Below, in pieces: positions 46,963-57,336 of a DNA stretch of 64,000 nt (its first letter is position 1; every line of letters starts with the position of its first letter). The notes beneath the pieces are model-generated. The model worked only from the letters and a program-made list of their open reading frames with translations, was not told the DNA's origin and did no database searches. The stretch comes from a virus, in the IMG/VR virus record IMGVR_UViG_3300033121_001840, positions 17,652-81,651 of that record; one strand, 5' to 3'. The position numbers and the translations under genes are program-made.

Positions 46963-49900
46963 AGATGCAGAAGGCAATTGAGTATTTTGGTAGTGATGAA
47001 CTTCCGGCGAGTGTGTTTACTGATAAATATGCTTTGAGGGATGGAGATGAGGTTTTGGAGGGAACTCCAGATGATATGCATTGGCGGATGGCTCGGGAGT
47101 TTGCAAGAGTTGAGAAAAAAAAGTTTTCAGAACCGTACTCGGCTGAATTTATTTACGAATGCTTTAAGGATTTTGGACTTATTATTCCCCAAGGAAGCTT
47201 GATGAGTGGGATTGGTAGTAAGTCATTTTCCACACTTTCCAACTGTTTCGTTTGCGCTCCACCACTTGACAGCTTTGCTTCGCTGCACCACACTGACGAA
47301 CAACTCACGGCTATTTCAAAACGCCGTGGTGGTGTTGGTACGGACATGTCGCATATTCGCCCAAGCAATCTGCCAACGTCGAATGCCGCCAGGAAAGCTA
47401 GTGGTGTGGTTTCATTTTGTGAGAGGTTCAGTAATACGATTAGGGAAGTTGGGCAAAATGGGCGAAGGGGGGCATTGATGTTGACTCTCGACGTTCATCA
47501 CCCTCAAATTATTGACTTTACGAAAATGAAGCTTGACCCAACGAAGGTTACTGGAGCTAATGTTTCTGTTAGACTTAGCGATAAATTTCTTAACGCAGTG
47601 CTTAATAATGATAGATACGAGCAGCGTTGGCCTATAGATGCCGTTAACCCAGTAATGTCGAATTTGGTAGAAGCGAAAAGTGTTTGGAAAGAAATTATTC
47701 ATTGTGCTTGGAAACGAGCAGAGCCTGGTTTGCTGTTTTGGGATAGGATTATCTCGGAGTCACCGGCTGATTGCTATGCGAAGTTTGGGTTTAAAACTGT
47801 ATCAACCAACCCCTGCATTAGAAAAAGTACCTATGTAATCACTAAAGATGGATTACGACAAATCGGTGATTTAGATGTTGGTAGTGTTATCTGGTCAAAG
47901 AGTGGATGGACAACTATTATTAATAAATGGGAGTCGGGAAAACAAAAAGTTTTTCGTTATCAAACAACCGCTGGATTCGTAGACTGCACCGAGCATCATC
48001 ATATTCTCTCGAAGAAAATGAAGATTCCAGCGTGTTTAAGCGAATCTATTGATGTTTTGAGGGGGCCAGACGCTACATTTTCAAGTCACAATCCACAAAT
48101 TGTGATGGATGGATTGTACTTTGGTGATGGTTCGTCGTCTTACAAATTTGATACTATCTTATATATTGGTAAAGACGACACTGATTATTTCGATAGCGAA
48201 ATAAGTTTTTTGATTCGCGACAAACACTCTCATTCATCTGGAACATCATGGACCGTTGACACTACGCTTAACTATACTGACCTTGATAAGCCAGAGAATC
48301 GTCGCGTTCCAAAGAAATATATGGAAGCCTCCCAAGAAGATGTTTGTTCGTTCTTGAGAGGTGTTTATTCAGCAAATGGTAGTGTGTGCGCAGATAGAGT
48401 AACTCTGAAAACTGCTTGTTTTGGACTTGTCGGTGATGTTCAGCAATTGTTATCATCTGTTGGTATATATTCATATTTCACTACTAATAAGCCGACTGAC
48501 GTTAAGTTTGCGAATGGCACATATACCTGCAAACAAAGCTACGATATAAACATTACTACTGACAGAGTTAAATTTCAAAAACTTATCGGTTTTATTCAAG
48601 AATACAAAAACAAAAAGCTCGCCGATGTTATTTCTAGGACTGGAAAAGCTGATAAACCAGCAAAGGTATCGTTCGAAGTTAAAAGTAAGGAATTTTTGTG
48701 CGAGGAAGAAGTCTATTCTATAACGGTAGATAACGACGCAAGTACCTATTGGCAAGGATGTTGCGATGTTTCAAATTGCAGCGAACTCCCCCTTAATATT
48801 TTGGACAGCTGCCGCCTTCTCCTGCTCAATCTTTTTGGTTTCGTCGAAAATCCATTTACGAAAGCGGCGAAATTCAACTACAAAAAGTTCTACCAATACT
48901 GCAAAATCGCTCAGCGACTAATGGATGATGTAATTGACCTGGAAATTGAAATGGTCGAACGCATCATCAAGAAGGTTGAGTCAGACCCCGAGCCTGAAGA
49001 AATCAAATGTCGCGAACTTGAACTTTGGAAAACTGTTCTTAGAAACTGTGTTAATGGACGCCGCACAGGAACCGGCATCACCGCATTAGGTGACGTTATG
49101 GCCGCTATTGGAGTTCCTTACGGCTCTGATGAGTCAATCGAAATTACTGGACTTATTTACAAGACGATGAAATTGGCCTGTTACGAATCCAGCGTTGAAA
49201 TGGCAAAACAGGTTGGTCCGTTTCCGATTTGGGACCATGAACTCGAAAAGGATTGTCCATTCCTTAATCGTTTGAATGAAGAGGACGTTGTTGTTGACGG
49301 ACTAGAAGTGTATGGAAAAACGATTTTTGAGCAAATGAAAAAATATGGTCGTCGAAATATCGCTCTTCTAACGACGGCACCGGCTGGCAGTGTGTCAATT
49401 ATGGCTGGCCCAAGATACTACTGGGGAACTACGAGTGGTATTGAACCACTATTCACAGATGTTCCATACACGCGACGTAAGAAAATTACGCCAGGCATGA
49501 AAGACGCTAGAGTTGACTTTGTGGACGACCTGGGTGATAAGTGGACAAACTATCCAGTCTTTCACGCGAAGATAAAAATGTGGATGGATATTACGGGTGA
49601 AACTGATTGGAAAAAATCCCCCTATCACGGCTGTACTGCTAATGACATCGACTGGAAGCAAAGAGTTCGTCTTCAAGCTATCGCCACGAAGTACCTTGAC
49701 CATTCGGTCTCTAGCACACTTAACCTACCCAACGACGTAACCGAAGAAAAAGTCGCCGAAATCTACGAGACAGCCTGGAAAGCCGGATGCAAAGGAATCA
49801 CGGTGTACCGTGATGGATGCAGGTCGGGCGTCCTTGTAAAAGAGGAGCCTGCGGCTCCCAAAGAGCAACTAAAGAAAACCGACGCTTTGAAACGCCCAGC

Positions 49901-50381
49901 AGATGTTGCTTGCGACATACATAAACTTACCATCAAAGGAAACCACCTTATCGTCTTGGTTGGCCTGGTTAATGGAGAGCCGTACGAAGTATTCGCCTTC
50001 ACCTCACCTGAAGAGAAGTTGCCAAAATCTGGTACACTCAAAAAGCTAAAACGAGGACGCTACGACCTTATTAACGACGATGGCGAAGTCGTCGTCGAGG
50101 ACGTTTCCGCTCTTCTCTCTGAAAACGAAGAAGCACTCACTCGAATGACATCAATGGGCCTACGCCATGGTGCAGACACGACTTACATCGTAGACCAACT
50201 CAGTAAAGTCAAAGGTGACATGCACTCCTTCGCCAAAGCCCTTTCCAGGGCTTTGAAGAAGTATGTAAAGGATGGCACCAAGGTCACCGGCACCACTTGC
50301 GGAACTTGCGGCTCCGATTCTGTCGTTTATCAAGAAGGCTGTCATCTTTGTAAGAATTGCGGTGCATCAAAATGCGGATAA
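46959..50381 (+). CDS. nrdJ: Class II (B12-dependent) ribonucleotide reductase with intein
   Basis: LSNCFV, RRGA, AEPG, TNPC/CSE, TAPAG, SGIEP, KGITVYRDG, C-terminal Zn ribbon. Confidence 0.9.
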   Translation: MKMQKAIEYFGSDELPASVFTDKYALRDGDEVLEGTPDDMHWRMAREFARVEKKKFSEPYSAEFIYECFKDFGLIIPQGSLMSGIGSKSFSTLSNCFVCAPPLDSFASLHHTDEQLTAISKRRGGVGTDMSHIRPSNLPTSNAARKASGVVSFCERFSNTIREVGQNGRRGALMLTLDVHHPQIIDFTKMKLDPTKVTGANVSVRLSDKFLNAVLNNDRYEQRWPIDAVNPVMSNLVEAKSVWKEIIHCAWKRAEPGLLFWDRIISESPADCYAKFGFKTVSTNPCIRKSTYVITKDGLRQIGDLDVGSVIWSKSGWTTIINKWESGKQKVFRYQTTAGFVDCTEHHHILSKKMKIPACLSESIDVLRGPDATFSSHNPQIVMDGLYFGDGSSSYKFDTILYIGKDDTDYFDSEISFLIRDKHSHSSGTSWTVDTTLNYTDLDKPENRRVPKKYMEASQEDVCSFLRGVYSANGSVCADRVTLKTACFGLVGDVQQLLSSVGIYSYFTTNKPTDVKFANGTYTCKQSYDINITTDRVKFQKLIGFIQEYKNKKLADVISRTGKADKPAKVSFEVKSKEFLCEEEVYSITVDNDASTYWQGCCDVSNCSELPLNILDSCRLLLLNLFGFVENPFTKAAKFNYKKFYQYCKIAQRLMDDVIDLEIEMVERIIKKVESDPEPEEIKCRELELWKTVLRNCVNGRRTGTGITALGDVMAAIGVPYGSDESIEITGLIYKTMKLACYESSVEMAKQVGPFPIWDHELEKDCPFLNRLNEEDVVVDGLEVYGKTIFEQMKKYGRRNIALLTTAPAGSVSIMAGPRYYWGTTSGIEPLFTDVPYTRRKKITPGMKDARVDFVDDLGDKWTNYPVFHAKIKMWMDITGETDWKKSPYHGCTANDIDWKQRVRLQAIATKYLDHSVSSTLNLPNDVTEEKVAEIYETAWKAGCKGITVYRDGCRSGVLVKEEPAAPKEQLKKTDALKRPADVACDIHKLTIKGNHLIVLVGLVNGEPYEVFAFTSPEEKLPKSGTLKKLKRGRYDLINDDGEVVVEDVSALLSENEEALTRMTSMGLRHGADTTYIVDQLSKVKGDMHSFAKALSRALKKYVKDGTKVTGTTCGTCGSDSVVYQEGCHLCKNCGASKCG
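47814..48776 (+). mobile_element. LAGLIDADG intein in the RNR active-site motif
   Basis: TNP|CIRKS...CCDVSN|CSEL; TEHH block B; GLYFGDG and FLRGVYSANG. Confidence 0.9.
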
Positions 50382-50385
50382 GGTA

Positions 50386-50413
50386 TTGACATACGGCCAT
50401 GCTATGATATAAT
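50386..50413 (+). promoter_or_regulatory. Sigma70-type promoter
   Basis: TTGACA-16-TATAAT with extended -10 TG. Confidence 0.75.
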
Positions 50414-50858
50414 ATTAATGGTGCGAGTGACGGGCGTTACCCGTTACTGACGGTATGGTATAAGAGAACCGGTTGTCGTTGGGTACATGCTGGACAAAAG
50501 CCGAACAAAACCAGCATTTTCAATTTCTAAAACAAAGAAGGTTTTTGTTATGCATTTTCGAAATGGCAGAGCCGCGAAAAATGGTGACGTAATCGCTCAA
50601 CTAGACCAATCCGGTAACACTGTTCTTTCCTTGGAGAAGTAATGGCTGAGCAAAATCTACAAAATGAGCCAGAAGGTTTTCCGTCTCGACATTATTATTT
50701 TGAAGACCGAGAACTTTTGATTCCTGGGTCAGAAATCGTCTCTCAAGAGATAGGAGCAGAAATGAATAAGTTCGTTAAGAAAAACGGAAATATAATCTAC
50801 GTAAAAAACGACAAATGGGATTATGTAGTAATAGAGTGGTAACACTAAAGGATTAATT

Positions 50859-51155
50859 ATGCAACAACTTCCTTCCTCGTATTACGGTGGAAAATCCGAA
50901 TTATGGACATGTATTTTTCCTGGCAAGATGGGAATTAGTTGGAAACGTTCCTGGGGTGAAGGCACCAAAGAAGAAGCGGAAGCTGAAGCAACTAAGAATT
51001 GTAACGTGATTGCCGTGCCATTTGCTTTATGGGCGAGATACAAAGAATATGAAAATCGCACAGTGGTTGCTGAACGTAAGTTGATGGATGAGCTAAGAAT
51101 AAGGGTAGATTACGTTGATGGAAAACCAGTTTTTGTTGAATTAACAAAACAATAA
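50859..51155 (+). CDS. Hypothetical protein
   Basis: 98-aa ORF with AAGGA RBS. Confidence 0.6.
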   Translation: MQQLPSSYYGGKSELWTCIFPGKMGISWKRSWGEGTKEEAEAEATKNCNVIAVPFALWARYKEYENRTVVAERKLMDELRIRVDYVDGKPVFVELTKQ

Positions 51156-51490
51156 CCTTACACTTCTCTGCTAATGGTGGACAATAATGGATAGTAAAAT
51201 AGAAGTTTCCCTTTTGAATGAACTCCATAAGCGATTGTTATATGTTAGAAATCATACTTTAATGAGTCCGGTTTCAGATACAGATACGTTGGAGGCTTTG
51301 CGTGAAATAGTTAATATTCAGCTATCGCTTATTAATTATCTCAACAATTCAAACTCGAATTTTGTAACTAAAGCGGAAGAAGTTTATCAAGGGGATTGGG
51401 CGTTTGACAGATTTTAATTCAACGGGAACGTATATAAGACATCTATTAGCATTACCAGATACAAATCAGCGAACGACGAAGGAGTGAGCT

Positions 51491-53422
51491 GTGTGTGGAA
51501 TAGTAGCATATGCAGGAAAACAGCCATGTCGAGATATCTTAATTTCTGGCATCAAGAAACTTGAGTACCGAGGATACGACTCGTGTGGCTACACCACATT
51601 CGTCGATGGAGAACTCGAAGAGTATGGACGATTTATTGGGGCTCCTTCAAAAGCTTTCGACGGTGTAAAAACTCACATGAGCAATGAAGGCGATGGGTTC
51701 ACGTCTTGGTACAGTAATGTATCGTCTCCTAAAGCAACAATCGGGCTCTCTCATACTCGTTGGGCGACTCATGGGAAGGTTTCTCTGCTTAACACGCACC
51801 CTGTTGTTGGAGGAAAAATCAAGTGTAAGTCTATTGAAGAATTAAATAATAGAAAAAACGTTTACGTCGTTCATAATGGGATTATCGAAAACCACCAGGA
51901 ACAAAAAGATAAACTGAAAAAAAATGATTTTTGGTTTATAACCGATACTGACACGGCAGTTCTTGCTAACGCTTTAGCGTTTCATATTCCTACCGGTTCA
52001 ACCAGTGATGAAGTCGATTTGTTAGACGCGATAGATAATACGATTCGCGAACTAAAAGGTGATTATGCTTTCATGGCTTATCACGAAGCTTGGAGAAACT
52101 ATCTTTTCGGCTTTACTAACAATAGTCCGTTAATGGTCACCAAAGATGGAATGATAGCCTCCGACCCAGTTGCTTTTAGCGGACACGCCAAGAAATACGC
52201 TGTTGTTCCCAAAAATAACATCGTTTTAATCAAAATGATGCCTGGCTATGAAACTCCAGTGATTAAATTTTACGATATTAACAATCCAGAGACAGCTTTT
52301 CCTCCATGTTTTATATTTGAAGTTCCGGTTGGGGTTGAATATACCAAAGACGAACCGATTCCGTTGATGCTTCAAGAAATCAGGGAGCAAGCCACCCCAA
52401 ATCCTGAGCCATATAACATTCAATTTCCTATGGTGCAACGTCAGTTCTTTGAAGGGCTGAATATATACAAATCGCATGAATTCATTTTTGGAAACGATAT
52501 TTGTTTGTTTGGCTGCGGCAGCTCCTATAACGCCGCCTTGGTTGGTCGTAATTACCTGGAAGCCGAAGGCATACCAACTCGTGTAGAGTACGCAACGGAA
52601 CTACCGCTTCGAAAGAATGACTTCAAGAACACTTGGTACATTGCTTTAACCCAATCAGGTGAAACAAAAGATACTCTTGACGCAATAAACTACCTGAAAA
52701 ATAACGGTGCGACAATAAGCGTCATTACTAACAATGCTCACTCCCAGGCCGCTCGCCTGGCAACCCCAATTCTTTTGAGGGTTGGACCCGAGCGTGCTGT
52801 CGCAGCCACAAAGACATTTACTGAACAGTGTGTGAAGCTGTATGAACTGGGATACGCCTATAAAACTTCGCTTATGAAAAATAAAGGCGGAGAAATTGAG
52901 TCGATAAATGAGCCTATTAAGTTGTTGCTCAAGAAGGAGCGGGAAATAGAGAATCTGGCTAAGTTTGCCAATAGTTGGAAAAACTATCTTTTTTTGGCTC
53001 GTGGACAGCTTTACCCAATTGCTTTGGAAGGTGCCCTCAAAGTTAAAGAAGTTGCCTACAAGCATGCGGAAGCCGTACATGCATCTGAGATGAAGCATGG
53101 CCCCATTGCGTTGATTGACAAACACACGCTTTCCCTTTTCCTGCTTAACTGCAACGACCAATCCGCCTTTGAACGAGTTTGCTCGAATATTGAAGAGATA
53201 AAGGCTCGGGGTGGACAAATTATCGCTATTACCGATGAAGATTCGCAGGAAAGGGTAAGGGCAATGATTGATGGTCCAGTCATCTCGGTTCCTACGCTTC
53301 GCGACTTTCGTAGCCCGTTGGTTATCAATGTAGTTCTTCAATTACTTGCTTATTACCTTGCGATGATTAATGGGCTGAACGTGGACAGGCCACGTTCGCT
53401 GTGTAAGTCTGTAACTGTATAG
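51491..53422 (+). CDS. glmS: Glutamine--fructose-6-phosphate aminotransferase
   Basis: MCGI, EYRGYDS, HTRWATHG, SGET, EGALKVKE, KHGP, PRSLCKSVTV. Confidence 0.95.
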   Translation: MCGIVAYAGKQPCRDILISGIKKLEYRGYDSCGYTTFVDGELEEYGRFIGAPSKAFDGVKTHMSNEGDGFTSWYSNVSSPKATIGLSHTRWATHGKVSLLNTHPVVGGKIKCKSIEELNNRKNVYVVHNGIIENHQEQKDKLKKNDFWFITDTDTAVLANALAFHIPTGSTSDEVDLLDAIDNTIRELKGDYAFMAYHEAWRNYLFGFTNNSPLMVTKDGMIASDPVAFSGHAKKYAVVPKNNIVLIKMMPGYETPVIKFYDINNPETAFPPCFIFEVPVGVEYTKDEPIPLMLQEIREQATPNPEPYNIQFPMVQRQFFEGLNIYKSHEFIFGNDICLFGCGSSYNAALVGRNYLEAEGIPTRVEYATELPLRKNDFKNTWYIALTQSGETKDTLDAINYLKNNGATISVITNNAHSQAARLATPILLRVGPERAVAATKTFTEQCVKLYELGYAYKTSLMKNKGGEIESINEPIKLLLKKEREIENLAKFANSWKNYLFLARGQLYPIALEGALKVKEVAYKHAEAVHASEMKHGPIALIDKHTLSLFLLNCNDQSAFERVCSNIEEIKARGGQIIAITDEDSQERVRAMIDGPVISVPTLRDFRSPLVINVVLQLLAYYLAMINGLNVDRPRSLCKSVTV

Positions 53423-54030
53423 GTGATATGATGGAACTTGATGAGACTGTTGATAAGATATTTAACGAACTTTACTTTTATTTTTATAAGATGGATAGGT
53501 CAGATAAAAAAGATGAAAAGATGAGACATAAAATTAAAGAGTATATATGCGACTTCATTAGTTGTTATCAGTGTAAAGGTTAATGGCAAATACGTCAGTC
53601 GTAGTATTCACGTATTTCTTTGTAATTCCTGTGTTTTCAGCTATTGCTGCTATTGGAGGAAAAATGGCTCTTCTGATTTGTTTCCTTGGGGCTCCTTTAG
53701 TTCTGTTGTGTTTTATTTCACTTATGTCAAAAATCGAAGGAAAAAACGATTTTGGGGAGCATGATGACTGATATGTACTATCAACACTTTATTGAAAAAG
53801 AGTGTAATCGTCGGAAAATTGATAAGTTCAACGAACAAAATAAAGAAAAACGAGATTTTCCTTTTCTTCGATTTTGGAAGACCAACCTAGTTCAAATCGA
53901 CGGCGACATGACCCTGGATGAACTTAAACAACTCGTAGAACTAATGGAGAGCTTTGAAAATGAGTCCTAATGATATTGTTTTTATGGTAGTCGTATTTAT
54001 TTTGATTTACCTTATTTTTGAGGACTTTAA

Positions 54031-54318
54031 ATGGCAAGGACCGAACATCTCCTGTGTATTTTAGCAGAAGAATGTAATGAGGTGGCCCAGCGAGTATCTA
54101 AAGCTTTACGCTTCGGCTTACAGGAAATACAAGAGGGCCAAGATAAAACGAACGCAGAAAGAATCAGTGGAGAAATCGACGACTTTCTTGGTGTGTTAAG
54201 TATGCTTATAATCGAAAATAAGCTTCGTCATCCCTCACTCTCGGCTGGTAATATGAAGATAGCAAAGGTCGAACACTATCTCAAATACTCGAAGAGCCAG
54301 GGAACGTTAGATGCCTAG
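54031..54318 (+). CDS. MazG-like nucleotide pyrophosphohydrolase
   Basis: LAEECNEV..SKALRFG..EIDD. Confidence 0.65.
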   Translation: MARTEHLLCILAEECNEVAQRVSKALRFGLQEIQEGQDKTNAERISGEIDDFLGVLSMLIIENKLRHPSLSAGNMKIAKVEHYLKYSKSQGTLDA

Positions 54319-54706
54319 ATACACATATGCTTGCAGTAAATGTAAATACCAATTCGAAGACTATCATTTGATGTCTGAGCCGCATCCAAAACGGTGCCCG
54401 TCATGCGGTAAAAACTCACTTGGGCAAAGTTTTGATAACCACAATATTACCGCAGTTGTTTATGGCAACCCAACAACCATCGGTCAAGCCGCCGAAGAAA
54501 ATACAAAACGTCTCGGTAAAGAGCGGCACGAAAAGATGATTGAGGACGACTTCAAGGCTAGAAAACTTCGTTCTCCAAAGAAAAAACCAGAAACTCCATG
54601 GTACAGAAATGGTTCAATTGATGGAACCGAAAAACTTGATAAGCCGCTTGAAGTAAGTAAAATAAAGAACGTCAAAAAGTTCATCGAAACCGGAGAAAAA
54701 GAATGA
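54311..54706 (+). CDS. FmdB-type Zn-ribbon protein
   Basis: MPRYTYACSKC...CPSCG. Confidence 0.8.
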   Translation: MPRYTYACSKCKYQFEDYHLMSEPHPKRCPSCGKNSLGQSFDNHNITAVVYGNPTTIGQAAEENTKRLGKERHEKMIEDDFKARKLRSPKKKPETPWYRNGSIDGTEKLDKPLEVSKIKNVKKFIETGEKE

Positions 54707-55077
54707 ACGTTTCAATCACTGAGGCGAAAGCGAAAGACAAAGTTGGGTTGGAGGACGGCGGTCACGTTTACATTTCCTGCTCAAACTGTGATGCTACCTT
54801 AATGGACATTTGGCGTACTATGCCGAACGCTATCAATCCACAAACTCAAAAACCATTTTTTTGGGAGATTATTGCAAACTGTCCATTTTGTGGCGACAAA
54901 TCCTACAAAGTTCCCGTCGAAGGAATTTTTCATTCTGGCGGATACGGAAAAATCAAAGAAGATGACCCTGAACAAGATATTCCTTCTACTGTCGTAGAAG
55001 ACTTTAATTCGGAGGGGAATGTAATTACATTCAATATTAAGAAGGCGAGTGAAGATGCGAAACCAATCAGAAGGTAG
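54703..55077 (+). CDS. Zn-binding hypothetical protein
   Basis: CSNC and CPFCG. Confidence 0.65.
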   Translation: MNVSITEAKAKDKVGLEDGGHVYISCSNCDATLMDIWRTMPNAINPQTQKPFFWEIIANCPFCGDKSYKVPVEGIFHSGGYGKIKEDDPEQDIPSTVVEDFNSEGNVITFNIKKASEDAKPIRR

Positions 55078-55356
55078 ACCGATAATTTCAAACTTTGGAA
55101 TTAACGGTCAGAAATTGAGAGATGAAGAAGGCGTTGCTTACGCCAGAGTCGCCAATTATCCAACGGGATTCGCGAGACACTGGATTCGTCGCGGTACATT
55201 ACTGTCCGAATCCGGCAAGCTTTATAATCCGCGAGAAAGCGACTGGGGCCGAGGCGGATACGAACTTAAAGAAGTGACTGATTTGGCTTACGAAGCCTAT
55301 TTGCAATTTTTACGGTCGGGTAACGAGGTTCACCTCAGAAGGGCTCAGAGAGAAAT

Positions 55357-55653
55357 ATGAACAAGGCACAAGAAGCGTATATTCGGGAACATTTTGGCAA
55401 GAAGAGCGTTAAAGAACTTGTTGAAGACACCGAGGCTAAATTGTCCGAGGTGAAGAAGTTCATAAAAACCTTGAATGTTACGGCGGCTCCGAAAGAGTTG
55501 CCGAAAACTTTTTTTCATACCGAAGGCGACAAAATTGTCGCCATGACAGCAGCTCAGTCTGCCGTTGACGACGAAAAGCAGTACATGAAAAATACGGAAA
55601 AACCAAAACTAAAGGGTGTGTTTATCATGGACCCAAACAAGCCTGTTCGGTAA
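55357..55653 (+). CDS. Hypothetical protein
   Basis: Coupled ORF. Confidence 0.6.
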   Translation: MNKAQEAYIREHFGKKSVKELVEDTEAKLSEVKKFIKTLNVTAAPKELPKTFFHTEGDKIVAMTAAQSAVDDEKQYMKNTEKPKLKGVFIMDPNKPVR

Positions 55654-55661
55654 GTTACGTA

Positions 55662-55689
55662 TAGACAGCCTACCGAAATGTGCTATAAT
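55662..55689 (+). promoter_or_regulatory. Sigma70-type promoter
   Basis: TAGACA-16-TATAAT with extended -10 TG. Confidence 0.6.
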
Positions 55690-55695
55690 ACTAAT

Positions 55696-56067
55696 ATGGA
55701 GTGGAATATGACGTGGCTTGAAAAGTCTCTCGATATCGACTTCATCTTGGACTCCGGTTTACTGTTTCATTTGAATCATTCTGTTTTTCACCCACTTGGA
55801 ATTGCCATGACTATCAAAGTTGACGACAAAGGCAATAAACAGTGGGGATTCAAAGATAATCGAAACGAACCGGAGTCCGTTGTTTTTGATAAGAACAGTT
55901 TGGAATTAGGTAAGTTAAAGCTTGAAAGATTTATGCGAGAGTTTGGTGACAAACAAATCTCTCGAAGAGAGAGACGGTTGGGTTGGGGTTGTCAACCATT
56001 AATATCTAAAAACAAGAAGGATAAAAATGAACTTAGCCGAAAAAATCTCTCATCTTCGTCCGTGTAG
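55696..56067 (+). CDS. Hypothetical phage protein
   Basis: GLLFHLNHSVFHPLGIAM motif. Confidence 0.65.
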   Translation: MEWNMTWLEKSLDIDFILDSGLLFHLNHSVFHPLGIAMTIKVDDKGNKQWGFKDNRNEPESVVFDKNSLELGKLKLERFMREFGDKQISRRERRLGWGCQPLISKNKKDKNELSRKNLSSSSV

Positions 56068-56545
56068 TGAAGCAAAAACTTTCCTGGAAAAATACCAAGA
56101 AGATGAAGAACAAAAGGCGTGGAATGAATGCGAACGTGGCGACCACATGTTGTGGTTGTTAGGAAAATTGGCTGGACCGCCCGATAGTGAGAGCCGCAAG
56201 CGGCTCGTTAAAGCAACTTTAGCTTGTGCAAAACTTGCACCAGCTATTGAAAATCCCGAATGGGAACAGGCACGACAAACATGCTTAAAGACAACCAGTG
56301 ATTACTTGGATGGGACGGCTACGTTGGATGATGTTAGGAAGGCGGCTAATGCCGCCGACGCCGCTTACGCCGCCGCCGCCGCCTACGCCGCCGCCTACGC
56401 CGCTTACGCCGCCGCCGCCGCCTACGTCGCCGCCGCCGCCGCCTACGTCGCTTGCGCCGCCTCCTACGCCGCAAAGCGGCTGGACGTTCTGCGGTTATGT
56501 GCTATTGAAGTACGTAAAGTTTATCCTGAAGTTCCAAAAATTTAA
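56027..56545 (+). CDS. Hypothetical protein with Ala/Tyr low-complexity tract
   Basis: 172 aa; AANAADAAYAAAAAYAAAY... Confidence 0.75.
   Translation: MNLAEKISHLRPCSEAKTFLEKYQEDEEQKAWNECERGDHMLWLLGKLAGPPDSESRKRLVKATLACAKLAPAIENPEWEQARQTCLKTTSDYLDGTATLDDVRKAANAADAAYAAAAAYAAAYAAYAAAAAYVAAAAAYVACAASYAAKRLDVLRLCAIEVRKVYPEVPKI
56351..56473 (+). repeat. (GCC)n-TAC microsatellite-like coding repeat
   Basis: Runs of GCC punctuated by TAC; far more GC-rich than the flanks. Confidence 0.85.
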
Positions 56546-56555
56546 AGATAAACAC

Positions 56556-57122
56556 ATGATAAGCCTGTTAAGACAAACGGAAGACCAGTGGACCATGACA
56601 CATAGCGGCATACGCTTCAACCTGGAAAATCCAAGACCGGAAGACATTCTGATTGAAGATATCGCCCACGCTCTCGCTAGGATTAATCGATACAACGGAC
56701 ATCACAATTTTGAACACTACTCGGTCGCCCAACATTCAGTCCATGTGTCGGAAGTTATTAGTGGAAAGCATAAGTTAGCTGGTTTGTTACATGACGCATC
56801 GGAAGCTTACCTTCAGGATATTATTTCGCCATTGAAGTATCTACTTCGCGAAGTGTATTTACCGCTCGAAGAGCGGTGCATGAGGGTTATCTATTCAAAG
56901 TTCGGAATTGATTACGATGACCAATTAATGCAACAAGAAGTTAAATTTGCCGACCAACTTGTTTTTGCTTTTGAGCTTCGTGACGTAAAGAAAACTGACG
57001 AACGAGAGTTTTATAACTTGGATGTAAATATCGGCAAATACACGCTCGGAAAAATCTCGTCTGGATACTCGGCTACGAATGCCGAAAGTTTATTTTTGGA
57101 AACCTTTAGGATGCTAACATGA
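56556..57122 (+). CDS. HD-superfamily 5'-deoxynucleotidase (YfbR-like)
   Basis: DIAHALA..RYNGH..YSVAQHS..LLHDASEAY.D. Confidence 0.85.
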   Translation: MISLLRQTEDQWTMTHSGIRFNLENPRPEDILIEDIAHALARINRYNGHHNFEHYSVAQHSVHVSEVISGKHKLAGLLHDASEAYLQDIISPLKYLLREVYLPLEERCMRVIYSKFGIDYDDQLMQQEVKFADQLVFAFELRDVKKTDEREFYNLDVNIGKYTLGKISSGYSATNAESLFLETFRMLT

Positions 57123-57336
57123 TATACGGTTCTGTTTACTGGTGTGAGTTACCAACGGATAAATTCACTCAGGTTTATATTTACAAAAAAACTAATTTTG
57201 GAAACTCAATTGACGTGGCTGTAGCTATTGATGGCTACGCAGCAAAGACAATTATTGACGCTCTTAATGCATATCACGAACGACAAGAACAAAGACCAAG
57301 TAGAGGTAGTGGTGCAGTCTCAACCACGGAGTGAAT

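Noticed and set aside
50418..50445. Minus-strand tRNA 3' end (reverse complement ends CGCACCA)
   Set aside because: No TTC loop and no matching 5' acceptor strand
51418..51490. glmS ribozyme upstream of glmS
   Set aside because: Only ~70 nt available and the conserved core and stems are not present
52655..53341. 228-aa antisense ORF and other minus-strand ORFs inside conserved genes
   Set aside because: Shadow frames of well-supported + strand genes
56298..56555. Pro-rich N-terminal extension of the HD nucleotidase
   Set aside because: Alternative frame of the GCC repeat; the real start is probably ATG 56556
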